DNA of 64,000 nt from assembly GCF_026210795.1 (NCBI RefSeq), contig NC_089431.1:3968001-4032000 (forward strand), read 5' to 3'. Of this stretch, positions 50,550-64,000 are shown one piece after another. Each line of letters opens with the position of its first letter. The stretch's first letter is position 1. This DNA is from Rhizophagus irregularis (Eukaryota). A program made the position numbers and the translations under genes. Under the pieces are notes generated by a model, which worked only from the letters and a program-made list of their open reading frames with translations, had not been told where the DNA came from and ran no database searches.

Positions 50550-51870
50550 ATTGATGGCAAGGATATCATATAGGATTATCCAATTATGGAGCTCAATCTC
50601 TTTTAAATTGTATTCCATCCTCAATCGCTGCAAACCTTCCAAAAGCAATGCCAAATCTAGTTCCTGATGTAGAAACTCATGGAATAATTATCACTGATCA
50701 GGTAGGAAATGTTCTACTTGCTCCTCCAACTAAACCATTTAAAAATGTTTACGAACTTGCAAAAATATCTCGTGGTCTATCATCAATGATCACTTATCGT
50801 GATAGACTTCGAGATGTTTTATTAGAAGGTGTACCAGTAAAATGGAATAAAAAATGTATTAAATATGTGGAAACTCAAGAAGGTATTTGGGTATTTTTTG
50901 AAGATGGTACACAAGAATTTTGTAATATTTTAGTTTGTGCAGATGGATTAATTCTCCAAGTAAGTTTGTCATTTAATTGAAAAAATTATGGACATTACAT
51001 AAAAATATCTACTAACATTTTTTTTTTCTTTTATTAGTACGAAAACAAAAATTACCCGAATTACAAATTGTTAATTATGGAATAACTCATGTTGGTGCAG
51101 ATATTTCTATACCTAAGCATCTTATGGATAAGGCAAATAAAATTCATGGAAATGTTTTGGCCCGTAAAACTCTTGGAACAAAAGGAGATTCAACATTTAT
51201 GATGACACGCTTAATACCAATCAAACAAGAACAAAATGATGAAAAAAATGAACCTCATTATAGAGCAACATTAGTTTATTCTTATCCCTCCGAATTGGAT
51301 AATGTTGAATCTGAAAAAGTTAAAGTTGATGATAATGATCCTTCATCAGTCATCGAACATGTTAAACGATTAATTCGAACATTAAGACCAGATTGTACTT
51401 TAACTAATTTATTGTTAGAATTATGGGACTTGGCACCTAAAACAATTCCAAATGATCCAATAAAGTTTCCATTTAAAACTTATAATCCTATACAACGAAG
51501 AATGATGCGAGATATTGATCCAATGTCTATCAAATCATGGTCAAGTAGTCGAGTTGTATTATTAGGAGATGCTGCTCATTCTATGAGTCCTATATTAGGA
51601 TTAGGAGCAAATAATGCTATTCAAGATGCTGACAAACTTTCTCAAGCATTACTTAAATATAGTGATGATAATATTTCTTTTATTGAAGAATATGAAAAAG
51701 AAATGTTAAAACGAACATCTGCTGATGTATTAAAATCTAGAAATGTCACGTTTATGACTTCCACACCACTTGGACCTTTTGGCGTTATTATTAGAGACAA
51801 CATTTTAAAGGTTATAAACGTTATGATAAACTTTTATAGTTTTGCAGATAACTTAATTTTCAAGAATTAA
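50550..51870 (+). pseudogene. FAD-dependent monooxygenase (FAD_binding_3 type), 5'-truncated and frameshifted
   Basis: CADG and VVLLGDAAHSMSPILGLGANNAIQDA motifs; intron ~50960-51037. No GxGxxG exon upstream; in-frame TGA before WQGYHIGL; 1-nt deletion at DG(INS). Confidence 0.8.
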
Positions 51871-53638
51871 AAAACTATTAATATTATTATTTTTAGAATT
51901 TTAGAATCATATGCATATACATGATATATAAGTACATATAAATTATATAAAATATATAGATAGAACAAATACTATATTTATTATTATTAGGATTATCAAG
52001 AATAAAGAGACATTTTAAAATAAATAAATCTAAACATTTATATATGTCATAACTTTTTTTTTTCTTTAATTTTTTATATTATAAACTGAAGTGGCAATTA
52101 TCTTTCTATTCTAACTACATTTTTATTCATTGGAATTTTTGCATGCCTCCTGTATATTGGTTCTTGCAAATATAACTGATCTTTTCACATTATTAAAATT
52201 TTTTTCTTATCCAAATAAATAATTTTTGAATCTTGATATATTTTTCTAAAACTGTTTTTTCTTTTCAAAAATCAAATTGTATAATCAAAATATAACTTTG
52301 TTTTCCTTGGTTAAAAAATGTTGACACTTAAGTTACATTTTTCATTAAATGTTGTTAATTTCAATAAATTATATGTGCTTTTTTCAAATATAAATTTTGT
52401 CCAAAATTAGCAGCGAGTATTTGTAAAATTTGTAACTTAAACTCGATACTGGGAAATAATATTATTGCAGGATGTAGCACCGTACAATCGGTAATTACCT
52501 ACTGAATGATATGCCGTCAGATTATTTATGAAAAGTTTGTACTTAATTAATAAAATTTCCTTATTTTTTATAAAAAAATAAAATTTTTTCCAACATTACG
52601 TCGACGGATTATTTTATATCGTAAATATTTAAAATAAGAGTAAACTATCGAATTAAATATGACGTTTAATTTTAAAATTACCAAAATATTTGTTTATATA
52701 CCTTTTAAATTGTATTGAGCTAATAATTATAAATTCTTGAGATATAAAATACATGAAATCTTAGACATAACAGTGAGTTCCAGTTTTTTCATGCGACAGA
52801 GTTTAAAAGACAAAAATAAAAATTTCAAATAAAATTGATTAGCAATTAAAGTTACTATAAAAAAGGTAAAATCCTGTACAGTAGTATCTGCCCATCCAGG
52901 TCACAGGCTACTTTGATATCGTCCAAATGTATTTTCATCTATTATAATATTACCTTATAAAATCTTTGATCCAATAGATTTCATATGTACATTAAAGTAT
53001 CTTTTTTAAGTTTTATTACATTGCAATTATCTTTAACCTATTTGCTATTCCTTTTTATAAAATTGTAATTGAATTCAATATCAATAATTATTGTAACTCT
53101 AAAGTCTCAAACAAATATAAAATATTATGTTCAAATTTACAAGTGGAAAAGACCCTGTAATCGCATATCTGATATAATCCGTTGTCATTCTCTATAAATT
53201 AATAAAAAAGTTGTATATGATTCATTATAATTTAGATTATTTTATAGTTTGAAAATAACAGTCATTTATTCTAAATAAACCCAAATCAGTAAATTATCAA
53301 GAATTATTGTAAATATTTTTATATATCGTTACTTGATATTAAATCATTTTAAATTAATAACATGATTATATATGATCGAAATTTTATTTAATAAAAAATT
53401 TAATATAATAATAAATAGATAGTAATTTGTAAAAAATTGTTAAAACGAAAAAAAAGTCGATGAAATTTGCTCACAATAACAATAACACGCAAAATATTAC
53501 TTTCAAACTAAATAGTCTGATCGAAAATCACCTCTCAAAATATATTTTTTAACCGTTAGATTTACTATTTTAACCTAAAAATAGAGAATAAAAATCAGGG
53601 TTTAATTAATATACGTATGTTTAAATTTGCCATCTTTA

Positions 53639-55077
53639 TTAAATTTCATTAATTTTCAATCGAGAAATATCAATTTGTAAAGATTCTATTTAATAAAATA
53701 TATTAATATTTTTTATAATTTACATATTTACAAAATTATTACATTATTTACCTGAAAATTTTTCACTAATTATGTTATCATTTTGTTCATTGTAATAATC
53801 ATCAGAATTTTTTGGTTCCGGAAGATTATTAAAACTAAGTAATCTACTTGTATAAATAGCTTCGGAATGTGTTTCGTATGATGAACTTGTCAAAGGCATG
53901 CTACTAGTTGGTAGACTATTATTGATTTTTTCTGCTTCTATAATTTGTTTTTGTAATTCTTCTTTATCTCCATAACACCATTTATATAAAATATTTTCAA
54001 TTTCTACTGCTTCCGGTCGATTTATTGGATTTGCATCCAAGCATCTTTTGACTAAATTCACAATCAATTGGGGCACTTTAATATTACTAAATCTTGGTCT
54101 AAGTCCTTGACAAATTTTTATTGCTAAATTTTTGTCATGGCTTACATCATGGTATGGAGGTAGTCCAGAAATTACCTCATACATAATTATACCAAAACTA
54201 TAAATATCAGCAGCTTTATTATAATTTTGTCCTCTTAAAACTTCAGGAGCAATATAAGGTAAAACACCATATATACTGATTTTTGGGTTTTCCGATGCAT
54301 TATAATCTGCAGGTTTGCATAATCCCATATCAGTTACCGTAACTTGAGATCCAAAACTAAGTATATTACCAATATGTAAATCTCGATGAATTAGTTCTTT
54401 TTCATGAATACTTTGAAGACCGAGTGTAATATTCCATAAATATTCTAGCTTAGTATTCCAAGATAATTCATGATAATTTTTATCCAAATAAGCTCTTAAA
54501 CTTCCATTCTCCGCATATCGCAAAACCATCATGTAATTTTTTGTTTCTGGGTCTTGTGTAATTCCATAAACTCTAATAACAGAAATCGTTTTGTATTTTC
54601 TAGTCTTAAAATGCATTGTTATCTAGATATACATTTTATAAATCCATAAGTAAAAATCGCAATTTAAAAATTTCATTAAATTAAGAAATTAGGTAATACC
54701 TCATTGATAAATTCTGATGTAACATTTTCTGAATTATTTAAACTTTTCAGTGCTACATACTTATTGGACAAACTTCGTTCCCAATTTTTATTTATATTAT
54801 CCCAACTTTTAATATATCCATCAAACCATTTTGCTCTATACACTTTTCCAAAACCGCCTTTTGCAATATATTCAATATCATATAATTTATTGTAAGGTAT
54901 CCACTCTAAAACTTTCTGATAATTAGTTGCCGATAATTGAGTGTCTTGAATAAATTTGTCAATATCGTTATTACCACTAGTCCAATTTTTAAAATTTTGC
55001 TGAAAATTTTTTCCATTACATGCTTTACACCATCCATATTCATTTTCTTTTTCACATTCTTTACATATATAATCCAT
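53639..55077 (-). CDS. Tyrosine-kinase-like protein kinase (3 exons)
   Basis: CKEC..CKAC, WTSGN, IAKGGFGKVYRA, VALKSL, HRDLHIGN, DMG and GVLPYIAPE; intron ~54623-54699; last exon ESLQIDISRLKINEI. Confidence 0.88.
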
Positions 55078-55229
55078 AGCTCAGTAGATAAATAAGAGCT
55101 AAATGTTGCGGTGAAAAGGATTTTTTTCAATTTATGCATGCACAACATAAGTGTAATACAGATCGACAAAATGATTCACTGTTTGTTTCGTTTGTTTCGA
55201 AATACTAAAACTGGTTTAGTGGTCCTAAC

Positions 55230-57432
55230 TAGTGCTTCGACCCGGATGAAAACCGTCATCCGGATTACACAAAAAAAAAATCCGGATTATATCCGGATTG
55301 ACCCGGATTTTGAATCCGGATCAGATAATCCGGATAGAAACCGGAAACCGGATTGGATTTACAAATGATCGGCAATAATTCTGGCCAGAATTCATAACGC
55401 CGGCCAGAATTACAAATTGTGTAACATTAAATTTTCATGCCAGCCGATAAAAAATTTTTTGCCCGGTGGCTAAACTATTTTTCCGGTGTCACGTGATGTT
55501 AATTTCGGCCAGAATTACAAATTTGGCCAAAATTATCCAAGACCACGAAATTTACATAATTCCAATTTCATTAAATACTTTTATTTAAAACAATTTCATA
55601 TTATTTCAGCATTGTCTCAGACTATTGTTTAACATTTCTTTGTAAATTAACTAATTATGAAATTTTAAACAAGATATTTTTATATACAGCTAAAGATTAC
55701 TATAAATAGATGTGTTGGATTAGTAAGGCAATTTTTTAAGGATTTGTTTCTTCTTTCAAAAATTAAAGAATCATTTGAATCAAATTATATAACACTAGTT
55801 TTAATTTTTAAAAAAAGTTGTTATAATTATATAAATTTATAATATTGAACAATTTTTCATTTAAAACAATAATTATTATTTTATTGTAACAAAAATAATA
55901 TAAAGTTTTTTTTCTTTTGAATGTTTGAATGTGAAATCTAAAATTATTTGTTATTTGTTAATGTATAAATTTAAATAAACAAATCTGATACAAACTTCAA
56001 TAAATAAATTATAACTGAAAAATCTTCTTAAACTTACTGTATTAAAAAGTTTAATATAACAAATATAAATTTAATAAATTTTAATAAAAAAATTGGTATT
56101 AGGCGCAAAAATAATTAGCCATAATTAGTGCCTCGACCCGTATCCGGATCAATCCGGATTGATCCGGATTTTTTTTTTTTTCGGATATCCGGATTTTCAC
56201 GGTTTTCATCCGGATTATAAACCGGATGAAAAATATCCGGTTTGACCCGGAATCCGGATGAAATTATTATTATTTTTTTTTATTAATAATAATTTTGCTG
56301 ATCCATAAAGATCTATATCTAAATGATATTATGGCTAATTATTTTTGCGCCTAATACCAATTTTTTTATTAAAATTTATTAAATTTATATTTGTTATATT
56401 AAACTTTTTAATACAGTAAGTTTAAGAAGATTTTTCAGTTATAATTTATTTATTGAAGTTTGTATCAGATTTGTTTATTTAAATTTATACATTAACAAAT
56501 AACAAATAATTTTAGATTTCACATTCAAACATTCAAAAGAAAAAAAACTTTATATTATTTTTGTTACAACAAAATAATAATTATTGTTTTAAATGAAAAA
56601 TTGTTCAATATTATAAATTTATATAATTATAACAACTTTTTTTAAAAATTAAAACTAGTGTTATATAATTTGATTCAAATGATTCTTTAATTTTTGAAAG
56701 AAGAAACAAATCCTTAAAAAATTGCCTTACTAATCCAACACATCTATTTATAGTAATCTTTAGCTGTATATAAAAATATCTTGTTTAAAATTTCATAATT
56801 AGTTAATTTACAAAGAAATGTTAAACAATAGTCTGAGACAATGCTGAAATAATATGAAATTGTTTTAAATAAAAGTATTTAATGAAATTGGAATTATGTA
56901 AATTTCGTGGTCTTGGATAATTTTGGCCAAATTTGTAATTCTGGCCGAAATTAACATCACGTGACACCGGAAAAATAGTTTAGCCACCGGGCAAAAAATT
57001 TTTTATCGGCTGGCATGAAAATTTAATGTTACACAATTTGTAATTCTGGCCGGCGTTATGAATTCTGGCCAGAATTATTGCCGATCATTTGTAAATCCAA
57101 TCCGGTTTCCGGTTTCTATCCGGATTATCTGATCCGGATTCAAAATCCGGGTCAATCCAGATATAATCCGGATTTTTTTTTTGTGTAATCCGGATGACGG
57201 TTTTCATCCGGGTCGAAGCACTAGCCATAATATCATTTAGATATAGATCTTTATGGATCAGCAAAATTATTATTAATAAAAAAAAATAATAATAATTTCA
57301 TCCGGATTCCGGGTCAAACCGGATATTTTTCATCCGGTTTATAATCCGGATGAAAACCGTGAAAATCCGGATATCCGAAAAAAAAAAAATCCGGATCAAT
57401 CCGGATTGATCCGGATACGGGTCGAGGCACTA
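55230..57432 (+). mobile_element. hAT-type non-autonomous element, outer copy (~1.1 kb plus nested copy)
   Basis: TIR TAGTGCTTCGACCCG / CGGGTCGAGGCACTA; TSD GTCCTAAC at 55222-55229 and 57433-57440; TCCGGA-rich subtermini. Confidence 0.92.
56126..57223 (-). mobile_element. Second copy of the same element, inserted inverted into the first (1098 bp)
   Basis: Starts TAGTGCCTCGACCCG and ends CGGGTCGAAGCACTA; TSD GCCATAAT at 56118-56125 and 57224-57231. Confidence 0.92.
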
Positions 57433-59427
57433 GTCCTAACTACAAAATTATCATCGATCATCTGTCGATCATCAGGAAATTATAAAATTTTTTTTTTACA
57501 TTCGATAATATAGTTATTGAGTATGATATATACCTCTGATGTTGTATAAAAACTATACTGTATAAATAAAAATTATACTGTATAGAAAAAACTATACTGT
57601 ATAGATTTTCGTAATCAATATCGTTTAACCGTTTACATTCAGGACTCAGGAGACTAAAATAATGTATTTAGAATAATATTGTCGAGTTTCACTAATTCTT
57701 TATTATAAAATAAGTGAATCTATAATTATAGTTTTACCTTCAAAATCTCACTTTAAATCACGCTTTCTTTTATTAACTCTGCAATATAAACTTGCAAATC
57801 ACTAAAGTATCACATTTTAAGTAGCTTAATTAAAGTTATTCTTCAAGGGATAAGACGTATTACAAGTGAGGATATAAAATGAAGAACAGTGCATTTATTT
57901 TATACGACTATTCTGTAATTTACAAAAAATTTCACAACTACTAAGTATTTATATCAAAGATGCAATTCGCAACTAATCCATTGCAACGTGTAGAAAAGGG
58001 AAAAATTGTAGTGGATCTGATATGAAGGTTGGTCATTATTTTATAACGAATTTTAACGTTCAATCTCGCTGTTTTATTTTTTGATTTTACAGGAAATTGT
58101 TAAAGAATATTCTAATTATTATTTGGATGAAATTGTTAGAGAGATGATTAATAAAACCGAAGAAGAAGTTACTATACCTACTTTATGGAGATACAATAAA
58201 ATTTGTGGGAAGAGTTGATCCCACTTTTGAAGATTAACAATCACTTTCCCATTGAGTTAATCAGTGAATATTTAATTAAAATTGGGCAAGCAGGCTTTGA
58301 CAGATACCTTAAAATAAACCGCTTATTGGATTCTTAAAAATTTACCATAACCTAGAATTTTCGATTTTTGGATGCTGAGAGTATGCAGAGATCATACTAG
58401 CGTATTACCAATATAAATTACTCAATACAAATATATATATATAGTTACTGTGGATATATTTCATAGAACTTCTTTATTTTACTAAAATTTCTCAAGAATT
58501 AAATATATTTCACATAATCAAAATAGCTATAGAATGGGAATTTTTATTCCTAAATAAATTATTTATTAATAGATTATAAAAATAAAATAATGAATATAAA
58601 AATAATATAACTATCAAACGCGATAAACTCATTATTAAATAATAAATATTCTTTATACCCTATTTTGTTAAATTAACTAGTACTGAGAGTGTTCATGTCA
58701 GATTTTTGGACCCAAAAACAATAATCGGAATAACAAGCCATGAATAAATTTTTATGTATTAATATTTAATTTAGAATATTTAATGCAAATGAATATTTAT
58801 ACTTCATGCTTTAATGGAAAATTACAATAGGAAATTGGGATCAAATTTAAATTTTTTATATACCTTTATAGTGGTGACAGGATTATATAAGCGAAAAATA
58901 TCAATTAACTATCAATTATTGGAATTTGGGAAGTTACAAAATATTAAAAATATTATAAATTACTTATTTAGATTATTTTTTTTTCCTCTATATCGGTTTT
59001 GGTACTGTCAGTTTTATTCAGAAATGATAGTTAACATTTTTGGAGTTAACAAATGATTACCATCAGCTACGTAAGTTTAGCTATTTTTTTATTACTAATT
59101 TATTTTTTGCTTGTAAAAAAGTGTGAATTTATTTTTATTCAAAAAATTTAAAACTACGGACTTTTTAAAGTTTTACGTAACAATAATCATGTTACTGATA
59201 AAGTAAAAATAAATTTCAATACCTAAAAATAAATGTAAAAGATCACGGTAGAAAAATTCATACATAAAACTTATACACATTGTAATATACCTTTATTCTT
59301 GTTTTTCTTTTCTACCTTACAATTTTATTTTTTATTTTTATTTTATTTGAAATTCGCAAAAAAAAAAAAATCAATTGTTTACTTGATTTCATAAAGGTAA
59401 TATAAAACTGATTATTTATAAAAATAA

Positions 59428-61000
59428 TCAAAAAATTTTCTTCGTAATTTGAAATATTTCATAATCTTCTAAAGAAAATTTACTGCTACTATTTCTGATC
59501 GCTTTATCATAAAAAGTTTTACTACAAACACAATTATCCAAAGAAGCTCCACGCAAAATAAGATCCTTCTCTCCAAATGATGGACCGCGTTGAGTGTGAT
59601 TAGATATGGCAACATCACTATCCATTACACGACTCAAAATATGATTGTTTATATCTTGATTTTCATCAAAAGAGAATATAAAACTATCGTTAGTGGCGGT
59701 ATAGTAACCACCAGATTTCCAATCAATCGGATTATACCCTCCAAGAATTTCGCTACTGTCCCTCACTTTAATAATAGTTACAGTATGAGATTTATTATCA
59801 CAGATACTATGAAATTTTTTAGATGTAAATCCATTACGAGATCCACGAAAAATTAATTTAAATTCATATGAAGCATTAACGTCTAATCCATTAATCCATT
59901 TTGAGATTAATCTAGCATGTTCTAATGTAATAATTCTTGAATTAATATTTGTAATATTGGCTGACCTAAATATCTGTGGTTTAATATTCGGAATATTACT
60001 TGTACTTGTCGACTGAGTTTCAATCTTTTCAAATGTCTGAGCTTCGGGTTCAATTTCTTTAGTCTCCTTCGGTTCTGGTTGATCAGTTGGTTTATGATCG
60101 TGATCCAAAAAAAGTTTTATTAAATCATTAAATAATTTCTTGGGTAGTATTTCTCTATAAGGAAGCACATTATCTAAAAATTCTTTTGAACTAAAGCTAT
60201 CGAATTTAATTAAAGGAATACATTGTTGTAGAGTATTTTTTAACGCGTTAAAATCATCACCAGAAAAGCTCTCAGGATCAGAAGGAAGTCCTGGATTTTG
60301 ATCGAGCCCCCATTTAAGAACACGTTTCCAAATTTGAATTTCATTAATTTTAAGATAATCATTCTGAATAAGAGAAATCAAAATATTTTCCGGAATTGAA
60401 GAAAGATTAGGTGAACGGAATATCTTATCTGGTGTATTTGATATAAGATCGTTACAATAATCTTGAAGTTCTAATAAAGAATTATTTTCTAAACTTGTTT
60501 GATATATCAAGCTAAAATTTTTTATTATCCAGGATGTATGTTTTTGAATCAAAAAAGATTGTAAATGATTTACTAATTCTTGAAGATCAAATTCGCTAGC
60601 AGCAACCAAGATTTTAAAGAAATCTGAACAATCATATCGTTCAGGAAAAAGTTTTCCACCATAAATATACCTAAAAAAATATTTTTTTTTTTTAGTAATT
60701 GTTATAATTTTAAATATTTAAATTTTATTATTTTAAATATTATTACCTTAAAATTATTTGAAAAATTTCATGTGAAATATCTGGTAATTTAATATGTGTC
60801 AAAGTTCCATCACTTTTATTTTTATCAGATAAAATTTTACGAAAATAAGGAGAACGATAATTTAATATATTCATATGAGCACGAAATATTTTTACGTATG
60901 GATCACTACCAACTTCAATTGTAATGTCATAAAATTCATCATCATTTAAAAGTTCAAGTAAATTTTGTGACAATTTTGGTAAAAATTTATTATCATCCAT
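59428..61000 (-). CDS. BTB/POZ-BACK-TLDc domain protein (2 exons: 61000-60747, 60670-59428)
   Basis: MDDNKFLPKLSQNLLELL start, conserved intron, TLDc ILGGYNPIDW, GPSFG and FSLEDYEIFQI; frame intact. Confidence 0.9.
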
Positions 61001-64000
61001 TATTATCTTGATTTTTTTTTTTTTAAAGAAAAAGAAAAAAGGGGAAAATGATTTAATTTGTTGGTCGAATTTATATTTTATCTTTGTGCGACGTGAAAGC
61101 GTAAATAGTACAATTAGCACATGTAACTGCGGATCACGGATATCAGATTGTACTAAATACGGTTAATAAATTTTCCATTTTTTTAAGAAATGTTATACTA
61201 TTATAGTATTATGGTTGTAAATATTTTTTTTCAAATGATGAGACCGAGGTTGCACATTATTTTATATTGTAGTGGTTAAAATAGTAATGTTACAAAATCA
61301 TCTCCAAGAATTTTGTCACTTCCTTTCACTTTAATAATTTAATAATTGTTGTAATAAAAGGTTGATTGAATACAAATTGAGATTTGGTAAGCACAGGCTC
61401 CATAACGCATTAATATAATAATATAAATTATAAGAAAATGTTAACAGTTAACTTGTCCGTAGCATTTAATATTTTTAAAAAATATTTCGAAAATTGTTTG
61501 ATGTATCGAAATTAAAAATTTTTCGTCTGGTTTTCATTATTTTCAATCAAAGATTGTGTGAAAAGTTAAATAATTCTTAATTAAATCTATTTACAGTATA
61601 TAAATTTACAGTATCTAAAAAAAATAATTATTATGTATTATCTAAAATAATATAATAATAATCTTATTATTATGTAAAATATTTGATAATTTAATACATA
61701 CTCAAGTTCATCATTTTCCTATTTATTTTGTTGACAAAATTTCTTCAAAAGTGAGGAGAATAATAATATAACCTTACGAACACGACATAATACAAAAAAA
61801 TAATTTTCATAATAATAAATTTATAATTTCCTAAATTAAATTTGTTAATTTTACACCAAAGATTATATAAATTATTTATTATTTGATTATAATTTTACAA
61901 ACTCCAATTATACGTGCGTATATTATTAAAACTAGCCATTATAAGTTCCGAGGCAAAAACGTTATTTTCAACGTAAATATCCACGTGACTACCATTTTTT
62001 TTTTAAATACAATAATGAAAATTTTATTATGTAGGATGCTGGATTGAATAGATGAGAAATTCTATTTGCTTATTTAGGTGTGAAAAATAACATAAGGAAA
62101 AATTTTTGATACCTAGATCCAATAATCGACACAGTAAAGTAGCTATTCCGGAAATAATTTTGTGATTAATGAGACTAATATTAAAGTTCATTAAAAGAAC
62201 GAGTTGTCGCATAGGCACTAATAACTGTTTTTAACAAAGCAAAAAAACTGAATTATTGATTTAATTGCGCCATGAATTCATTTTCATTCAAAATCTTCCG
62301 AGATGAACTTCTGAAGAAAACATTTACCGTATCTTATAATAAGATCTTCTGCAAGGAATAAATTTTAGATTTCTTCATAATAAAAATTCCTTATTTCTTA
62401 AATTTTATTACAAGCGAATATATATTAGAAAGATTTCTTGAACGATGCAAGCGAATAAGTTTTTTTTTTTTGATATGAAATAATAATAGAAATAATAGAA
62501 CAATCAATAAATAATAAGAAACATTGTAAAGCTAATTTTACGTCACAAATTATGAATGTATAAGAAATACTTTTAGACTCGTGAAAAAAATTAAAGAAAT
62601 GAATGATATGAGCGATGGAATACTAATGAATTCCCAGAATTAAGGTCCAACTTAACGATGAAACTTTTATATTATTTCTAATATAAGAAATAAAGAAAGA
62701 CTATATTAACAGTCAAATGATTTTATTTACGTAAAAGTCATTAAGTTACAAATAAAAATAAATTTAATCAAATAGAGAAAAAAAAAACTTTTATGTATGA
62801 TTATGCAGTTTGCATTTCTTGCATATTCGAATTTAAAGTTTGAAATTATGCAATTTTATATTTTTATTTTATGTCCAATACTTTTTATTCCGGGACAAAA
62901 ATTTATGAAAAGTCACAACTTAAAAATTTTCAGTCGTTCGTGCAATTTGTTTTATTAAATATTTTTACAACCCTATAAAAAATTTTATCCGTTATTTCTG
63001 TAAAAACTTAAAAATGAGCCTTTCACGGATCCATTCACGGAAAATGTAAATAATTCGATAATTCTGCAATATAAGGTTATTAATTCCGGAAATATGAGCT
63101 TTTTACGGAAAAAGATGGAATATAAAAAACGGATCGACTTCTTTTACAAGGCAACAAATAGTATTACGTAATACAATATTATTATAAAAGTTTTTTCATT
63201 AGTCGATCACTTGACGTACTTCTCGATCTGATTTTTTTTGACTTGCTACATATTAACTTTCCAATAAATTATATTTCTAAGCTCATAGTATATCAATAAA
63301 TCAAAAAATTCTAAATTTTTTTTTAAGTAAATAAAAATTTATACGCACGTTATTTTACTTATTGATTTAGGTACAATTGCCAGATATGATTAAATTATGG
63401 ACTATTTTTTATTATTTATGATTAAAAGAATTTAATCAAAGTTCTATCTGTTTTCAAGTTGTTATGAAACACTCACTCCCTAAACTTTGTTCATTATTAA
63501 ATTTACAAATATCATGACGCGTCGGAATTATTATTTTACATTTTAAATGAATAATAAACGTATATTGTATTCTAAAGATGATGTTACTGCTGTAAATATT
63601 GCTGAAAACTGAGACTTTTACCATAAACATTGTAGAAATCAGCTCGAAGAAAAAATTGTAAAAAAATTTATTGCTTATTATTCTTTTTGCTATCAGATTA
63701 ATCCCACTCCAGCCTCACTTAGTACTTTAGATCATCTATCCTAAAACACAAAAAAGAGAAAACAACAGCACAGAAACTCCCAACAACAAGACGCTACTGA
63801 TTTTTACAACACCGACCTGATGTATCATCGTCATTCTTGAACGTTACAATATGGATTACTATGAACATTTAGTATATATTTTTTAATTATTACTTAAAAA
63901 ATTTTTAATAAACCATTTCTTCTTTACTTCTATTGTAGGAATGCTGGTTTTTGAAATTTAACAAAACTGGATGGTGAATTAATAAGTATGTAGCAGATAG

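Noticed and set aside
57540..57605. Short tandem AAAACTATACTGTATA repeats; 21-bp duplication at ~14343-14388
   Set aside because: Ordinary local slippage duplications.
58090..58520. Possible decayed gene fragment
   Set aside because: Coding-like patches, but too degraded to assign a family.
62985..63135. Possible small inverted-repeat element
   Set aside because: The inverted match is weak and no TSD could be defined.

Overview
Very AT-rich, intron-containing eukaryotic DNA. The gene families (tyrosine-kinase-like HRDLHxGN kinases, BTB-BACK-TLDc paralogues) point to an arbuscular mycorrhizal fungus (Glomeromycota, Rhizophagus-like); this is inferred, not database-checked. Genes and pseudogenes: four BTB-BACK-TLDc genes (one with a ZZ zinc finger spliced into TLDc), three kinases, a decayed bromodomain plus PD-(D/E)XK nuclease gene, a decayed GAF hybrid histidine kinase, a truncated FAD monooxygenase and a hAT transposase relic. 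The centre is a nest of elements. A very recent 8.5-kb Ty3/Gypsy LTR retrotransposon has apparently identical 489-bp LTRs, a CCGT target-site duplication (TSD), an integrase ORF split from gag-pol, and one extra sense and one extra antisense ORF. It sits inside an intron-containing Sola3-like DNA transposon, which abuts and probably interrupts the histidine kinase pseudogene. Other elements: a 2.8-kb almost fully palindromic foldback element built from 36-bp hairpin repeats, a 1.1-kb hAT-type element inserted into itself in reverse orientation, several MITEs with defined terminal inverted repeats (TIRs) and TSDs, and a Helitron-like 3' end. All alignments and family calls were made by eye.
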